Part shown: piece after piece, positions 32,249-43,934 of the stretch
How the letters are laid out: each line of letters starts with the position of its first letter
Position numbering within the stretch: position 1 is the first letter of the stretch
Source of the DNA: Spirochaetia bacterium
GTDB taxonomy: Bacteria > Spirochaetota > Spirochaetia > SP-2023
Direction of reading: 5' to 3'
DNA length: 64,000 nucleotides
Assembly (NCBI GenBank): GCA_965263485.1
Contig: CBDHHO010000003.1
Location: 26,359-90,358, forward strand
Position numbers and translations under genes: made by a program
Notes under the pieces: generated by a model
What the model was told of the DNA's origin: nothing
What the model saw: only the letters and a program-made list of their open reading frames with translations
The model's database searches: none

Positions 32249-33915
32249 TGGGTTTCCGGCTTCCTTGAAGGTGCTACATCGTGCGTTTCGTCAGTCTCCA
32301 TATGATTTTTGGTGTGGGCTGCATCGCTCACTTCCGCTGCTTCTCGCTCCAAGGCGATGTCTTCGAGCAGGCTGTGATAGAGCTGCCATAGTACTTCAGA
32401 GCCCTGTTCTGCATTCGTTGTTTCGGTGAGCTCACCGGATGCCTGCTCTGTGCTACTCGTTTGCAGCAACAGTTGGCGGAACACCTCGGTCGGGCTCAAT
32501 TCGCGGAGCATCTGAGCGGGAATTCCGCGGTGGTTCTCTCCGGCATCGTTTGACCGGCCCTGGGCCAGGCGGGCGCACAGCGCTCCCAGACCGCCCGCTT
32601 GGCGCAGGGCCAGCAGGTTCAGGCTGCGGTAGTGCAGAATCTCCATATTGTGCTGCCGGGCCAGTTTGACCAGTTCTTCACGCAGATAGGTGTTTTCGGA
32701 CAGCTCGCCGCTGTGTTCCAACTCCAGCCATACGCCGGGCTTTACTGCATCATCGTTCGGGTCTCCGTTGTCCCGGGTCTCTTGGTCCCCTTGGATTTTC
32801 CGGTCTCCTTGGGTCTCCCCACTGTCTTGGGTGCGGGAAGGCTCCGCCAGCTCCCGGAGGCCTTGTTCCAGCTCGGTGGCGTTGCCGCGCAGCCGCACCA
32901 GAGGCTGCCACTGGGGTACGGTAATGGGAGAGCATTCACATTCTTTGCCCGTAAAGGTCAGCTTGAGTACCACTTTCTCGCCGGACAATTCGCTGAAGCT
33001 GAAGGGCAGGGGAGAACCGCAGTAGCGCAGCTGCCCTTCTCCGGGGGCCCGGAGCTGCTGGAGCTGGTGAATATGACCCAGGGCCACATAATCCAGCTCG
33101 GCTGGAAACAGCGATGCTGGAAAGTGTCCCAGCGAACCGATGTACAGTTCGCGCACTCCATCGTCTTCTTTGGTACTGGCACCGCTGGCAAAGAGGTGCC
33201 CCATGCCAATCAATGGCACCGTACTGCTCAGATTGGCAGACGGGCCGGGAGGCGGGCTGAAGGACGGGTCGGCAGACGAAAGAGTGCCCTGTTCGCACTG
33301 CCTCAGATAGCGTTGCGCTTCATCGGTGAGTACCCGGTAGTAGGCTGCAATTCCCTGGCGCAGCTTTTGTTCTCTGTCCTGCTCGCCCCAGGTACTGCTG
33401 CGCAGGTAGCTGTCCTTCAAATAAGGCAGGGCACAGACCAGGGCCTGCAAGCGGCCCTCGGCAGAGCGGATGGGCAGCAGTTCGGGGGGATAGATGTCTG
33501 TTTCGGCATCGGAGGCTGCTTCCTGCTGCTCTTCTGTTTGCAGATACTGCTGCACCTTGTGCTGCAAGAGGGCACTGGGGTTGCCGACCACATGGATGCA
33601 CATGCTTTTGAGCAGGGTGCGAGGGGCCTCCAAAAACAGGGCCGAGTCGTGGTTGCCGGCACAGACTACGATTTCGCAGTGCTGTGATGCCCGGTGCAGA
33701 AACCGGTAGTACAGTTCCTGGGCCCAGACTGGAGGAGCATTTGTGTCAAAAATATCTCCGGCAATCAGCAGCAAGTCGACATCTGTCAGCTGATCCAATA
33801 GCCAGTCGAGGAACAGGCGAAATTCTCGCTCGCGGCCTTTGTGGTAGAGTCGCTTGCCCAAGTGCCAGTCCGAACTGTGGAGTACTTGAAAAGGCATCTC
33901 TGGCCCCCCCTGCAC
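32245..33915 (-). CDS. sbcD: Exonuclease SbcCD subunit D
   Basis: HSSDWHLG, AGDIFD, AGNHD, YVALGHIH, YCGSP..FSE. Confidence 0.93.
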   Translation of the reverse strand: MQGGPEMPFQVLHSSDWHLGKRLYHKGREREFRLFLDWLLDQLTDVDLLLIAGDIFDTNAPPVWAQELYYRFLHRASQHCEIVVCAGNHDSALFLEAPRTLLKSMCIHVVGNPSALLQHKVQQYLQTEEQQEAASDAETDIYPPELLPIRSAEGRLQALVCALPYLKDSYLRSSTWGEQDREQKLRQGIAAYYRVLTDEAQRYLRQCEQGTLSSADPSFSPPPGPSANLSSTVPLIGMGHLFASGASTKEDDGVRELYIGSLGHFPASLFPAELDYVALGHIHQLQQLRAPGEGQLRYCGSPLPFSFSELSGEKVVLKLTFTGKECECSPITVPQWQPLVRLRGNATELEQGLRELAEPSRTQDSGETQGDRKIQGDQETRDNGDPNDDAVKPGVWLELEHSGELSENTYLREELVKLARQHNMEILHYRSLNLLALRQAGGLGALCARLAQGRSNDAGENHRGIPAQMLRELSPTEVFRQLLLQTSSTEQASGELTETTNAEQGSEVLWQLYHSLLEDIALEREAAEVSDAAHTKNHMETDETHDVAPSRKPETQ

Positions 33916-34044
33916 TTGCTGATTGAGCTTCGCTTTATCTCATATCGGGGGCATTCTAGCCATATTGCAGATGGAGGGGAAGTTCAGAGCTGTCCTGGGT
34001 GATGGAGAGAGCTTTTGGGGTATGGACACTTAGCATGCATTGGA

Positions 34045-34204
34045 GAAAAGCTCTAAAAATTCCCCACCACAGAAGGATGCTGCGCCAGCTCGCAAAGAGG
34101 AAGGTCGGGCCTGGCTGCGCACGGCCCTCCCCTGTTTCTCCCATACTGCGCCAGCTCGCATGGGAGTCTTCGTCTCCATAACAAGCCAATTTCTAGAGGT
34201 GCCC
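34045..34204. mobile_element. MITE between divergent sbcD and secA
   Basis: CTCTAAAAATTCCCCACC...ATTTCTAGAGGTGCCC carrying the reverse 66-bp module. Confidence 0.8.
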
Positions 34205-34477
34205 TTAAGCAGAACAGTTCAAACTGGTTGTTTTGAGCGATAAAAGGAAAGCTTCAAAAATTCTCCATAATTTCATCGGATTTCGATATATTTAGTGGTA
34301 CCCTTTGGCGCATTGAGTAGTAATCTTGCCGAGAAATAGTAGTTTCGAATGCGGTGAGAATGGCAGTAAAGCTCTTGTTGTGCACAGCCTTACTGCCTTC
34401 GGCGAAAAAAAAGCATGCTCTGGCAACAAAATCCCGGACGGTTTTTTTACCAGCTTTCCTTGGCCTGTGAGGATTCC

Positions 34478-37405
34478 ATGATCGACAAAATTCTGGCCGC
34501 ACTATTTGGCACCAAACAGGAACGCGACCTGAAGGCCATGGCCTCGCTGCTGCTCAAAATGAATGCGTTGGAACCTTGGGCGATGAGCCTCAGCTCTCAG
34601 CAGATCAAAGAGCAGACCCGAAAGTTCCAGCAGTGTCTGGTCGAGGCCCGAGGCAGGGATGGCGCAAAAGGTGGGCCAGTTGAGGATGCACTCTCGCAGT
34701 CCGCAAATCAATCCGAACCGCTCTCCGGGTCGGGAGGTGATCCCCTCACCAACAAAGCGGGCCCTCACTTGAAAAATGCGCTGGAGGCCATTCTGCCGGA
34801 GGCCTTTGCCGTGGCGCGCGAGTCGGCCCGACGCATACTCGGTGAACGGCCCTACGATGTACAGCTGCTCGGCGGACTGGTCCTGCACCAAGGCAAGATC
34901 ATGGAGATGAAGACCGGAGAGGGTAAAACGCTGTCGCTGGTGGCCCCGGCCTATCTCAACGCCTTGTCGGGGCAGGGTGTGCATATTGTTACCGTCAACG
35001 ATTATCTGGCCGAACGCGATGCTCAGTGGATGGGCCCGATTTTCGGCTATCTGGGCCTGAGCGTGGGGGCCGTGCTCTCGCACATGGACCGCGAACAACG
35101 GAAGAAGGCCTACAATTGTGACCTGACTTACGGTACCAACAACGAATTCGGCTTTGACTTTCTGCGCGACAACATGGTCGGCAGCTTGGCAGATAAGGTG
35201 CAGAGGCCTTTTGCCTATTGCATCATCGACGAAATTGATTCGGTCTTGATCGACGAGGCCCGCACTCCGCTGATCATTTCCGGCTCGGTGGAGGACGATA
35301 CGCCCAGGATTATGATTGCCAACCGCCTTCAAGGCTCGTTGAGTGAGGTCAAAAAAGATCCGAACACCGGCGAATACCCGCGCGACAACCCATTTGAAAA
35401 GGTGTTATTGGAAGGGGACTACAAGCTGGACGAAAAAAACAAGCGTATTTCTTTCACCGAGGATGGCATCACACGGATCGAAGAACTGCTCAGGCGCAGC
35501 AAGGCCATTGAAGGATCAATTTATGATGAGGGCAATTTTGAGTATGTGCACTATTTCAATCAGGCCATGCGGGCCCACAAGCTGTTTGATCGCGATAAGG
35601 AGTATGTAGTGCAGGCTGGCAAGGTGCAGATTGTCGATGAGTTCACCGGGCGCATTCTGGAAGGGCGACGCTACTCGGATGGACTGCACCAGGCCATTGA
35701 GGCCAAGGAAAACATCAAGATCGCCCAGCGCAACCGCACCCTAGCCACGATTACTTACCAGAAATACTTTGCCATGTACGGTAAGCTCAGCGGCATGACC
35801 GGCACAGCTGTTACCGAGGCCCGCGAGTTCGACAAGATTTACGGTCTGGATGTGGTGCTGCTGCCGATGCACCGTCCCTTGGCCCGCATCGATGCCAACG
35901 ACTTGATCTACCTCAACGGCGAGGCCAAGCACAAGGCCATCGCCGAAGAAGTACAGGCTGTACACCAGAGTGGTCAGCCCGTGTTGATCGGCACGGTGTC
36001 GGTCGAAAGTTCGGAACGGCTTTCTAGGGTTCTGACCAAATACCGGGTGCCGCACGAAGTATTGAATGCCAAGAACCATCACCGCGAGGCCCTGATTATT
36101 TCCGAGGCCGGGGCCTTGGGGGCGGTGACCATTGCCACTAATATGGCCGGGCGCGGTACCGATATCAAACTGGGCGGCAGTCCCGATATGCGGGCCCGGA
36201 GGCGCATGCGCGAGAATGAAGATGAGTCTGTCTACTTTCGCTTGCTGGGCGAAGAGACTCGTAAGTGGCAGGAGGAGCACCGTAAAATCAAGGAGCTGGG
36301 CGGGCTTTATGTGCTGGGCACCGAGCGCCATGAGAGTCGCCGCATCGACAACCAGCTGCGCGGCCGTTCGGGCCGCCAGGGCGACCCGGGCTTTTCGCGT
36401 TTTTACGTTTCACTCGATGATGATTTGATGCGATTGTTCGGTGGCGATCGCTTGAAAAATATGATGAGCCGCTTCGGCATGAGCGGCGATGAGCCACTGG
36501 AACACGGCATGGTTACCCGCGCCATTGAGCGTTCTCAGACCCGGGTGGAAACCCGCAACTACGAAGTCCGCAAGCATTTGATTGAGTATGACGATGTAAT
36601 GCAGAAGCAACGTGGATATATTTACCGAGTGCGAAATGAGTTGCTCTGCGATTCTCAGGTCATTGAGCGCATCCGCAAAACGGCCGGCCAGATGCGTGAT
36701 ATACTGCTGGACGATTTTGTTGAAGACTCCAATCACCGGGACTGGGACTTTGCGCTGGAGCGTCTGAGCGAGCGTGTGCGCAGCAATTTTGGCCTGCTGC
36801 TGGCCGAGCGTCAAGACGAGCTGTCTGTTCTTTTGGAGCGGCGGCGCGCCGATGAGGCACGCGCTGCGATGGACAGTCTGCTGAGTGAGCACTGCGAGCA
36901 GGACTACCGGCAAAAATGCGAACTGGCCGGTGCGGAACTGATCAACGAGCTGCTGCGTTTTGAATACCTGCGGGCCATTGATCTGCGCTGGCAGGAGCAC
37001 CTGGAGCAGATGGAGGCCCTGCGCGAAGCAGTCAACCTGCGGGCTATGGCTCAGAAGAATCCCCTGGTAGAATACAAGAACGAAGGGTTTTCGATGTTTG
37101 AAGAGCTGGTGGAGAACCTGCAAATCGGTGTGACTCGCAAGTTCTATAACATCCGCATCGCCCTTGAGCCCCAAAGTACAGAAGGGGCTAATGCTGCGCG
37201 ACAGCGCCGGGGGGCGACCCTGCAGGCCGACAGCAGCAGGCACCAGCAACTGCAATCCTTTGACGCGGTGCGCAATCGGGGCACCGCAATGCAGGGTGCT
37301 GAGAAGATACAGATCCGCCGCCAGGAGCCCAAGGTCGGGCGCAATGAACCTTGCCCCTGCGGCAGCGGCAAGAAATACAAACATTGCTGTGGTGCCAATC
37401 ATTAA
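34478..37405 (+). CDS. secA: Preprotein translocase SecA
   Basis: [57 protein letters not shown]. Confidence 0.98.
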   Translation: MIDKILAALFGTKQERDLKAMASLLLKMNALEPWAMSLSSQQIKEQTRKFQQCLVEARGRDGAKGGPVEDALSQSANQSEPLSGSGGDPLTNKAGPHLKNALEAILPEAFAVARESARRILGERPYDVQLLGGLVLHQGKIMEMKTGEGKTLSLVAPAYLNALSGQGVHIVTVNDYLAERDAQWMGPIFGYLGLSVGAVLSHMDREQRKKAYNCDLTYGTNNEFGFDFLRDNMVGSLADKVQRPFAYCIIDEIDSVLIDEARTPLIISGSVEDDTPRIMIANRLQGSLSEVKKDPNTGEYPRDNPFEKVLLEGDYKLDEKNKRISFTEDGITRIEELLRRSKAIEGSIYDEGNFEYVHYFNQAMRAHKLFDRDKEYVVQAGKVQIVDEFTGRILEGRRYSDGLHQAIEAKENIKIAQRNRTLATITYQKYFAMYGKLSGMTGTAVTEAREFDKIYGLDVVLLPMHRPLARIDANDLIYLNGEAKHKAIAEEVQAVHQSGQPVLIGTVSVESSERLSRVLTKYRVPHEVLNAKNHHREALIISEAGALGAVTIATNMAGRGTDIKLGGSPDMRARRRMRENEDESVYFRLLGEETRKWQEEHRKIKELGGLYVLGTERHESRRIDNQLRGRSGRQGDPGFSRFYVSLDDDLMRLFGGDRLKNMMSRFGMSGDEPLEHGMVTRAIERSQTRVETRNYEVRKHLIEYDDVMQKQRGYIYRVRNELLCDSQVIERIRKTAGQMRDILLDDFVEDSNHRDWDFALERLSERVRSNFGLLLAERQDELSVLLERRRADEARAAMDSLLSEHCEQDYRQKCELAGAELINELLRFEYLRAIDLRWQEHLEQMEALREAVNLRAMAQKNPLVEYKNEGFSMFEELVENLQIGVTRKFYNIRIALEPQSTEGANAARQRRGATLQADSSRHQQLQSFDAVRNRGTAMQGAEKIQIRRQEPKVGRNEPCPCGSGKKYKHCCGANH

Positions 37406-37406
37406 A

Positions 37407-37601
37407 GGGGACCTCTAAAAACGGTTCAGGATCCTGCTCTCGTTGCGAGATATTTGGGGTGAGGGGCTGAGGTATGCTGCAGGGCCCCGATGCAGCTACC
37501 GAACATTTGTGATAGGGGCGGGTCTTCATCCGGAAGGTGCGAGTTTGGCCTAGAAGTTTGAACCGCTTCTCAACATGGAATTGGAATTTTCAGGGTTTCC
37601 C
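37407..37601. mobile_element. MITE with unique interior at the secA stop
   Basis: GGGGACCTCTAAAAA / ATTTTCAGGGTTTCCC; TAAA on both flanks. Confidence 0.75.
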
Positions 37602-37618
37602 TAAATAAGGAAAATAGT

Positions 37619-38251
37619 ATGAAAAAAATCATCCAGCTGTTGGTTTTATTTTCGTCATTGATCGTGGTGGCTTGCAGCAGCAATGCGAGGGCAGCTTCGT
37701 CACCGCAGAAGGATTGGAGCTGGGAAAGCCCGGCCTTGCAGCAAAAAGTATTGCGCCAAGCGCAAGAGCAGGATGGCTTGCGTCAGGCCCTGTTGCAGCA
37801 TTTGCAGGATCGCTACCCGGACGGAGCAACCGCAGAGTGGAAGCCACCCCGGCGCGATGAACTGCGCTACATTGATGCTGAATATGATCTGAACGGTGAT
37901 GGCCGCAAGGAGCTCATTACGATGCTGGTCGGGCCGCTGGCCTGCGGCACGGGTGGCTGCACAATGCTGATTTGGCAGCGCGAGGGAAAAGAGTTTCGGC
38001 TGGTTGGGGAAACCGTGCTGGTGCGGCCTCCGATTTTCGTTTCGCCGCGCAGTGGTCACGGCTGGCAGAATCTGATTGCCTACAGTGGCGGCGGCGGTGC
38101 TCCGGGGGGCTATGTCGAGTTGCAATACGATGGTACCGCCTATCCTGAGAGCAGCAATCGCGCGCGCGAGCAAGGTCTTGTCCGCGATCTGCAGGGAGCC
38201 GTACGTTTATTGACAGATCAGCATTATATGTACGGCAAACCTTTGCACTGA
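37619..38251 (+). CDS. Lipoprotein, unknown function
   Basis: Lipobox VVA-C; DLNGDG..E and CGTGGC motifs. Confidence 0.8.
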   Translation: MKKIIQLLVLFSSLIVVACSSNARAASSPQKDWSWESPALQQKVLRQAQEQDGLRQALLQHLQDRYPDGATAEWKPPRRDELRYIDAEYDLNGDGRKELITMLVGPLACGTGGCTMLIWQREGKEFRLVGETVLVRPPIFVSPRSGHGWQNLIAYSGGGGAPGGYVELQYDGTAYPESSNRAREQGLVRDLQGAVRLLTDQHYMYGKPLH

Positions 38252-38359
38252 AGCACTGGCAGCTTGTCACCGTCAGCAAAGCGGGTTGTTAGAAGTTCCC
38301 TATAGCTTGTCCCCATCTGATGGAGGCAGTGCCATAACAGAAAGCGTGCCATCAAAATG

Positions 38360-38395
38360 ATGGGGAATTTTTAGAGGTGCCCTTTAGAGGTTTCC
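38360..38395. repeat. MITE right end plus a stacked degenerate end
   Basis: GGGGAATTTTTAGAGGTGCCC-TTTAGAGGTTTCC. Confidence 0.7.
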
Positions 38396-38414
38396 TGTTA
38401 AAGGATACAATTTA

Positions 38415-39233
38415 ATGAATGCTACACTGGATAAAATACGCCGGGAAATGCACGACAAAGAGGCTTTCATCAGTGATATGGACGGAGTAATTTACCACGG
38501 CAACCACTTGCTCTCCGGGGCTAGGGAGTTTGTGGCCTGGCTCAAAGAGCAGAACAAAAAATATCTGTTCCTGACCAATTCGTCTGAGCGCTCGGCGCGG
38601 GAGCTGGCCGAGAAGCTGGGGCGTCTGGGGCTGGAAGTGGGCGAGGAACATTTTTATACCAGTGCGCTCTCTACGGCACTGTTCCTCTCCCAGCAGTGCC
38701 CCGGGGGCAGTGTCTACGTGATTGGCCAGCCGGGCCTGATCAATGCATTATATTCGTATGGTTTTTCGATGAATGATGTGAACCCGGACTATGTGGTGGT
38801 GGGCTTCACTCGCGACTATAACTACGAGAAAATTGCCCACGCCGTCAAACTGGTGCAAAAGGGTGCGCGGTTGATTGGTACCGACCTAGATACTACCAAT
38901 CCAACGGTGGATGGCATTATGCCTTCGACCGGAGCCCTGATTGCTCCGATTGCTCAGGTGGCAGGCGTGCGCCCATATTTCTGCGGCAAGCCCAACCCCC
39001 TGATGATGCGCAATGCCCTGAAGCTGCTGGACGCTCTGGCCAAAGACACGATGATTATCGGTGACCGTATGGATACGGACATCATTGCCGGGATTGAGTC
39101 CGGCATCACTACTACGCTGGTACTCTCCGGCGTGACCCAGCGCGGCGACCTGGCCCAGTACCCCTATATGCCAACCTATATACGGGACGGTCTGAACGAG
39201 CTGATGAAGGGTTTGCAGGATGAGGAAGGATGA
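38415..39233 (+). CDS. nagD: HAD-IIA hydrolase (NagD-like)
   Basis: DMDGV, LTNSS, GKPN, IGDRMDTDI, VLSG. Confidence 0.85.
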   Translation: MNATLDKIRREMHDKEAFISDMDGVIYHGNHLLSGAREFVAWLKEQNKKYLFLTNSSERSARELAEKLGRLGLEVGEEHFYTSALSTALFLSQQCPGGSVYVIGQPGLINALYSYGFSMNDVNPDYVVVGFTRDYNYEKIAHAVKLVQKGARLIGTDLDTTNPTVDGIMPSTGALIAPIAQVAGVRPYFCGKPNPLMMRNALKLLDALAKDTMIIGDRMDTDIIAGIESGITTTLVLSGVTQRGDLAQYPYMPTYIRDGLNELMKGLQDEEG

Positions 39234-39274
39234 AGCAGAGGCGTGGGGCGGGTACGCTCTCTGTCTGTTCTTCA

Positions 39275-39429
39275 GGGGACCTCTAAGAATTCGCTCTTCT
39301 TGCGAAGCTATTTGGGAGCGAGGGAAGTGAAGCTGAAGAATACTTTGTTGTATTGTAATGCTTTACTGACAAAGCTGTTCGTTTCAAAAGAGCGAGCAAG
39401 AGCGCAGAATGGAATTTTTAGAGGTTCCC
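39275..39429. mobile_element. MITE (155 bp)
   Basis: GGGGACCTCTAAGAA / TTTTTAGAGGTTCCC. Confidence 0.85.
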
Positions 39430-39454
39430 GAAAGTCCACCAGGAGAAATGCCAG

Positions 39455-40144
39455 ATGAATACCCTCAAAACGCTCTTCGACAACAACCGGGTCTGGGCTA
39501 AGACTCTGAGGGAAGAACAGCCCGGTTTTTTCGGGGAACGTTTGCAGCGGCAAAGCCCCAAATACCTGTGGATCGGATGCGCTGACAGCCGTGTATCAGC
39601 CAATCAAATCGTAGGGCTGCCACCCGGCGAAATCTTTGTTCACCGCAATATTGCGAATCTGGTAGTGCATACGGACTTAAACTGTCTCTCGGTGCTGCAC
39701 TATGCGGTGGAAGTGCTGAAGGTAGAGCACGTCATCGTGACCGGGCACTACCGCTGCGGCGGAGTGGCAGCGGCCCTGGCCTCCCAAGAATGTGGCGAGG
39801 AACACGGACTGATCGACAACTGGCTGCGCCATATCCGCGATGTCTATCGCCTCTATCGGAACGAGTTGCAAAGCATCAAGGATACTGAGCAACGCTGCCG
39901 ACGACTCTGCGAACTCAATGTGATAGAACAGGTGAACAACGTGGCAGGAAGCTCCGTGGTACAGCGGTCTTGGCGTCGGGGGCAGAATCTGCAGGTCCAC
40001 GGTTGGGTCTACAGTCTCGAAAACGGGCTGCTGCGTGACCTGGAAGTCACTGTTCCGCAAGTGGAGCCTCCTGTTGCCAATGGCCCGGGCAAAGGCAGGA
40101 ACTCTTCGGAGAAGCTCAAGAAGAGCTTTCCGGAGTTGTTGTGA
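39455..40144 (+). CDS. can: Beta-class carbonic anhydrase
   Basis: WIGCADSR, HRNIAN, GHYRCGG, LCELNV. Confidence 0.95.
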   Translation: MNTLKTLFDNNRVWAKTLREEQPGFFGERLQRQSPKYLWIGCADSRVSANQIVGLPPGEIFVHRNIANLVVHTDLNCLSVLHYAVEVLKVEHVIVTGHYRCGGVAAALASQECGEEHGLIDNWLRHIRDVYRLYRNELQSIKDTEQRCRRLCELNVIEQVNNVAGSSVVQRSWRRGQNLQVHGWVYSLENGLLRDLEVTVPQVEPPVANGPGKGRNSSEKLKKSFPELL

Positions 40145-40202
40145 CTCCCGGCCTGTTTCCGTAAAAGCACAGGTGAAAATGCGCTCTGTCATTTTCGCCT
40201 AT

Positions 40203-40477
40203 GGGGTCCTCTAAAAATTCGCTCTTCTTGCGAAGCTATTTGGGAGCAAGAAAGTAAGGCCGAAGAATACTTTGTTGTATGGTAAGGCTTTCGTGACAAA
40301 GCTGCTCCGTGAAAAAGACCAAGTCTGGCGCGCCATCCTTCTGTGGTGGGGAATTTTTAGAGGTACCCTGTAGAAGGTAAAACTATCTATGAGGAAGCTA
40401 CTCGGCAACAAGATCTCGATTCCACGCGAAATTGGAATTTTTAGAGCTGCCCTTTAGGGGTTCCCATTAGGTTCCCT
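40203..40477. mobile_element. MITE (40203-40368) followed by a partial copy and stacked right ends
   Basis: GGGGTCCTCTAAAAA / TTTTTAGAGGTACCC; TTTTTAGAGCTGCCC-TTTAGGGGTTCCC-ATTAGGTTCCC. Confidence 0.85.
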
Positions 40478-40500
40478 GCTTGTCAAACAGAGTACAGTCC

Positions 40501-41994
40501 ATGAGCCCGATTCTGTCCAAGCCTCTGATTCTTTCCGGTCGAACAATACTCTGCCTGGTCTTCCTGGCATCCTGTAAGACTCCTCCACCGGACTTGAGGC
40601 CGCAGAAACTGATTCAGGTTGCCGTCCTGCTCAATTATGAGCATCCTTCGGTCCATCGTAATGTGCTGGCGGGTCTGGCAGATGCTATGAGAGAGCTGAC
40701 CCAAGTCAATGCCGTTGTCTTTGGCCAGCCGCCCGAAACGCAGTTTGACCGGCGTGAAGCAAAATTAAACCGCAATATAAAAAGTAATTATCTGGAGTAC
40801 GGCAACTGGAAGAAAGAGCAAATTCAGCAAATCATCAGCCAAGGCTTTGACATCCTAGTCTTGTTTGGCGATGAACTGCCTGACTTGAATGAAAGCCTGC
40901 GTGCTGTTCGACAGGCGGGCTTGTTCATCATTTATTGCGGTTTTTCCCGCAAGCCACTGATTTTGCGTGAGGGAGTGGTGGCCCCGCGTTCTGCAACCGG
41001 GCCCTATCCTGAGGGCTCCCGGAATGGCATCCTGAATGAAAGTGCCGACCAAACAGAGAACGATAGGGTCAATCCTGGAGCTGATGCGAGTCTGCCTTAC
41101 CTGACGCAGGGATTGGAAGAAGAGGCGGTGAGCACTCCGCTGCATCCGGCAGCCCATTTGAATGATCATCAAGCACTCGGTATCCCCGCGGGAGAAGGGG
41201 CAGGTCAAGCAGAGCCAGGGCTGGTGCATATCAATATCCAGCCCGCCAGCCTGGAGGCTGTAACTCGCATGCTGACGCAATTTATGTTGAACAGTACTAC
41301 CGGTACGCCAGAGCTGAATGAAACGCAGGGGCCGGCGGGCACGGCTGTGGAAGCCGCGCAGAATATGGAGACTCGCCGACCGGCCCGATCCCTGCTGCTC
41401 TTTGGTCCCAGCGAGCTGCCTGCGACCCGCAGGCTTTACCGCCAAATGAGCCCGAGTATCCGCAAAAACCGCGATATGATACAGGCCGTGCGCTTTCTTG
41501 ATCCACTGCGCATCGATGCTCAGAATCAATTGCGCCAGCTAGTGCTGGACCTGCCGGCTGATGGCCGCATTATCGTGCTGGAGCCTTTATTGTTGTATAG
41601 CAGTTCGCAGATATTACAGCGCTATGGCCTGGGTCTGAAAGTTGCCGGGCTGGGTTGGCTGGATAGTAGTGACCCGCTGTTGGCCAGCGGCAATATCCAA
41701 TTATTGATTCCTTTGCAATATGAGGCGATGGCATATGCTTCTTTATATGCGGCATTTTTGTTGTACAGCGGTCAAAAACAGGGCAGGAGCGGAGAATATT
41801 TCCTGTTGGGGCGCTATGGCCAGCGTCAGGTGGGCCCGGAAGGCAGTCTGACGATTGCCCAGGCCTTTGGCGTAACTCAGAGCCAGGCCAGTTCTCCTCC
41901 GGGGCCAAGGACTCCCAACTATCTCAATCCCTCGCGCAGCCCCCGCAACCCCAGGCACCGCACGATTCTGAGTGAAGATGATCTGCGCTATTGA
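40501..41994 (+). CDS. Lipoprotein, possibly a divergent periplasmic-binding fold
   Basis: Lipobox LAS-C; weak sugar-binding-protein-like pattern. Confidence 0.65.
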   Translation: MSPILSKPLILSGRTILCLVFLASCKTPPPDLRPQKLIQVAVLLNYEHPSVHRNVLAGLADAMRELTQVNAVVFGQPPETQFDRREAKLNRNIKSNYLEYGNWKKEQIQQIISQGFDILVLFGDELPDLNESLRAVRQAGLFIIYCGFSRKPLILREGVVAPRSATGPYPEGSRNGILNESADQTENDRVNPGADASLPYLTQGLEEEAVSTPLHPAAHLNDHQALGIPAGEGAGQAEPGLVHINIQPASLEAVTRMLTQFMLNSTTGTPELNETQGPAGTAVEAAQNMETRRPARSLLLFGPSELPATRRLYRQMSPSIRKNRDMIQAVRFLDPLRIDAQNQLRQLVLDLPADGRIIVLEPLLLYSSSQILQRYGLGLKVAGLGWLDSSDPLLASGNIQLLIPLQYEAMAYASLYAAFLLYSGQKQGRSGEYFLLGRYGQRQVGPEGSLTIAQAFGVTQSQASSPPGPRTPNYLNPSRSPRNPRHRTILSEDDLRY

Positions 41995-42321
41995 GTGACT
42001 CTCGGGTACCTAAAATATTGTGGGCCGGGCAATGAAGGCTCCCTGAGAGTCAATTGTCGAATCTTTTATCGGAGAGGGTTTTTCTGTATGATGCGACGGC
42101 AATAAGTTTGATTGTGGGGCCCCCGCGAAAACGGCGCAGAAGCAAAGCACCGGACAAATTACCCGCCATTTCGGCAATTATAGCGCAAAGTGCGGAGAAC
42201 GGACAGCTCCCGGAACCTGCGCTGCAACCGGTACCGGAGAATCGGCTGATCTTGAGAAAGGCCTGAAAAATATCTCCGGCTGCACAGTGCCCCTGTGCCC
42301 GCCGGATAGCTGAATTCCTTC

Positions 42322-43863
42322 ATGCTCTTCCCCACCATTTCCTTTGCCGTCTTCTTCAGCATCACCATCTGCTTGTACTGGGCCTGTATCCATGGCAGTA
42401 GGCTGCTGGGCAGTAGTCTGGCCAATCAGCTGCGCAAAATTGTGCTGCTGTTGGCCAGCTATGTCTTCTACGGTATCTGGGACTGGCACTTCCTGCCTCT
42501 GCTGCTGGGGAGCAGCTCACTCAACTACCTGTTTGCCCGCATTTTGCTCAGAATTTATCGCGGTGTGTCACCAGCGCAAAGTGCGGATCTGTCGCAGCAG
42601 AGCCTGCGTCCGCAAAAGTGGGCCAGACTCTTGCTGGGGCTTGCCATCGGTCTGAATCTGGCCAGTCTGATCTTTTTCAAATACAGCAACTGGCTGCTCA
42701 TCAACCTCAATACCCTGTTCCATGCCGCCGGGCTACCGCTGCTGCTCAGTAAAACTACCTTCATTCTGCCCTTGGGAATCTCCTTTTTTACCTTTCAGAA
42801 CATCAGTTTCCTGATTGATATCTATCGCCGTAAATTGCAAAGAAGTGGTTCGTATGCTGATTATAGTTTGTATATTGCATTTTTTCCGCAGTTGATCGCC
42901 GGGCCAATTGTGCGAGCCAACAATATTTTACCCCAGTTACAGCGCCTTCCCGATGCGCGAAATATTTACCTGAGCGATGCCTTCAGCCGGATTTCCATTG
43001 GTCTGATCAAGAAGCTGTTCATCGCCAACACCCTCAGCACCAGCTTTGTCGACCCGGTATTTCTAGTGCCATCAGCTCACTCCGGCTGGGAACTGCTCTT
43101 GGCCGCCTACGCCTACGGTGCGGTAATCTACTGCGACTTCAGTGCCTATAGCGATATGGCGGTAGGACTGGGGCTGCTCTGCGGCATCCGCCTGATGGAG
43201 AATTTTGACCGGCCCTATGCCTGTTACTCGGTGCAAAGCTTCTGGCGAGGCTGGCATATTTCCTTGTCCACCTGGCTGCGTGACTACCTGTATATACCGC
43301 TGGGCGGCAATCGCAGGGGCCATCGCCATGCCAACATCATTCTGACCATGCTGCTCGGTGGCTTTTGGCACGGGGCTTCATGGACCTTTCTGCTGTGGGG
43401 TGCCCTGCACGGCATCATTATCAGCATAGAACATTTGGTGCGGAGTGCCCGGCGTAAAAAAAACAAATGGGAGGCAGCTGGGGAGCTCCACAAGAAACTG
43501 CCGAGAAATCTGGCAAAACTGAAGGTGTGGGGCGGCTGGTTCTACAGTTTCCATTTCGTCACGCTGACTTGGATCTTGTTCCGCGCTCCAAACTTTGATA
43601 TAGCAGGCCAGTACTTTGCCCGTCTGCTGAGTTTTGCCAACTCAACGGCCGGAGGCCTGACTCATGTGACCCACATAGCTCTGCTGGCCATTCTGTTGGG
43701 AATCCTGCCCCAGATACTGCTGCCGCGCACGACAGCTCTGCTGACCCACTTGCTGGACCGGCTGCCCCTTATAGTTCAGGTACTGCTCTTTGCCCTTAGC
43801 CTGGCCTTATTACAAGTGGTGCTGCCCGACGGGGTTGCGCCGTTCATTTACTATCAATTTTAG
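42322..43863 (+). CDS. MBOAT O-acyltransferase (AlgI/PatA-like)
   Basis: LPLGISFFTFQ, FFPQLIAGPIVR, FWRGWHISLSTWLRDYLYIPLGGN, GFWHGA, PFIYYQF. Confidence 0.93.
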   Translation: MLFPTISFAVFFSITICLYWACIHGSRLLGSSLANQLRKIVLLLASYVFYGIWDWHFLPLLLGSSSLNYLFARILLRIYRGVSPAQSADLSQQSLRPQKWARLLLGLAIGLNLASLIFFKYSNWLLINLNTLFHAAGLPLLLSKTTFILPLGISFFTFQNISFLIDIYRRKLQRSGSYADYSLYIAFFPQLIAGPIVRANNILPQLQRLPDARNIYLSDAFSRISIGLIKKLFIANTLSTSFVDPVFLVPSAHSGWELLLAAYAYGAVIYCDFSAYSDMAVGLGLLCGIRLMENFDRPYACYSVQSFWRGWHISLSTWLRDYLYIPLGGNRRGHRHANIILTMLLGGFWHGASWTFLLWGALHGIIISIEHLVRSARRKKNKWEAAGELHKKLPRNLAKLKVWGGWFYSFHFVTLTWILFRAPNFDIAGQYFARLLSFANSTAGGLTHVTHIALLAILLGILPQILLPRTTALLTHLLDRLPLIVQVLLFALSLALLQVVLPDGVAPFIYYQF

Positions 43864-43934
43864 AAGAGCCTTTAGATGTTCTCTTTAGAAATTGCCGTTT
43901 CTGACCGAATATTCAAGCACAAAGCACATATTTT

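Noticed and set aside
27535-37402. Long antisense/shadow ORFs over sbcCD and secA
   Set aside because: Expected in GC-rich coding DNA; they overlap confidently identified genes
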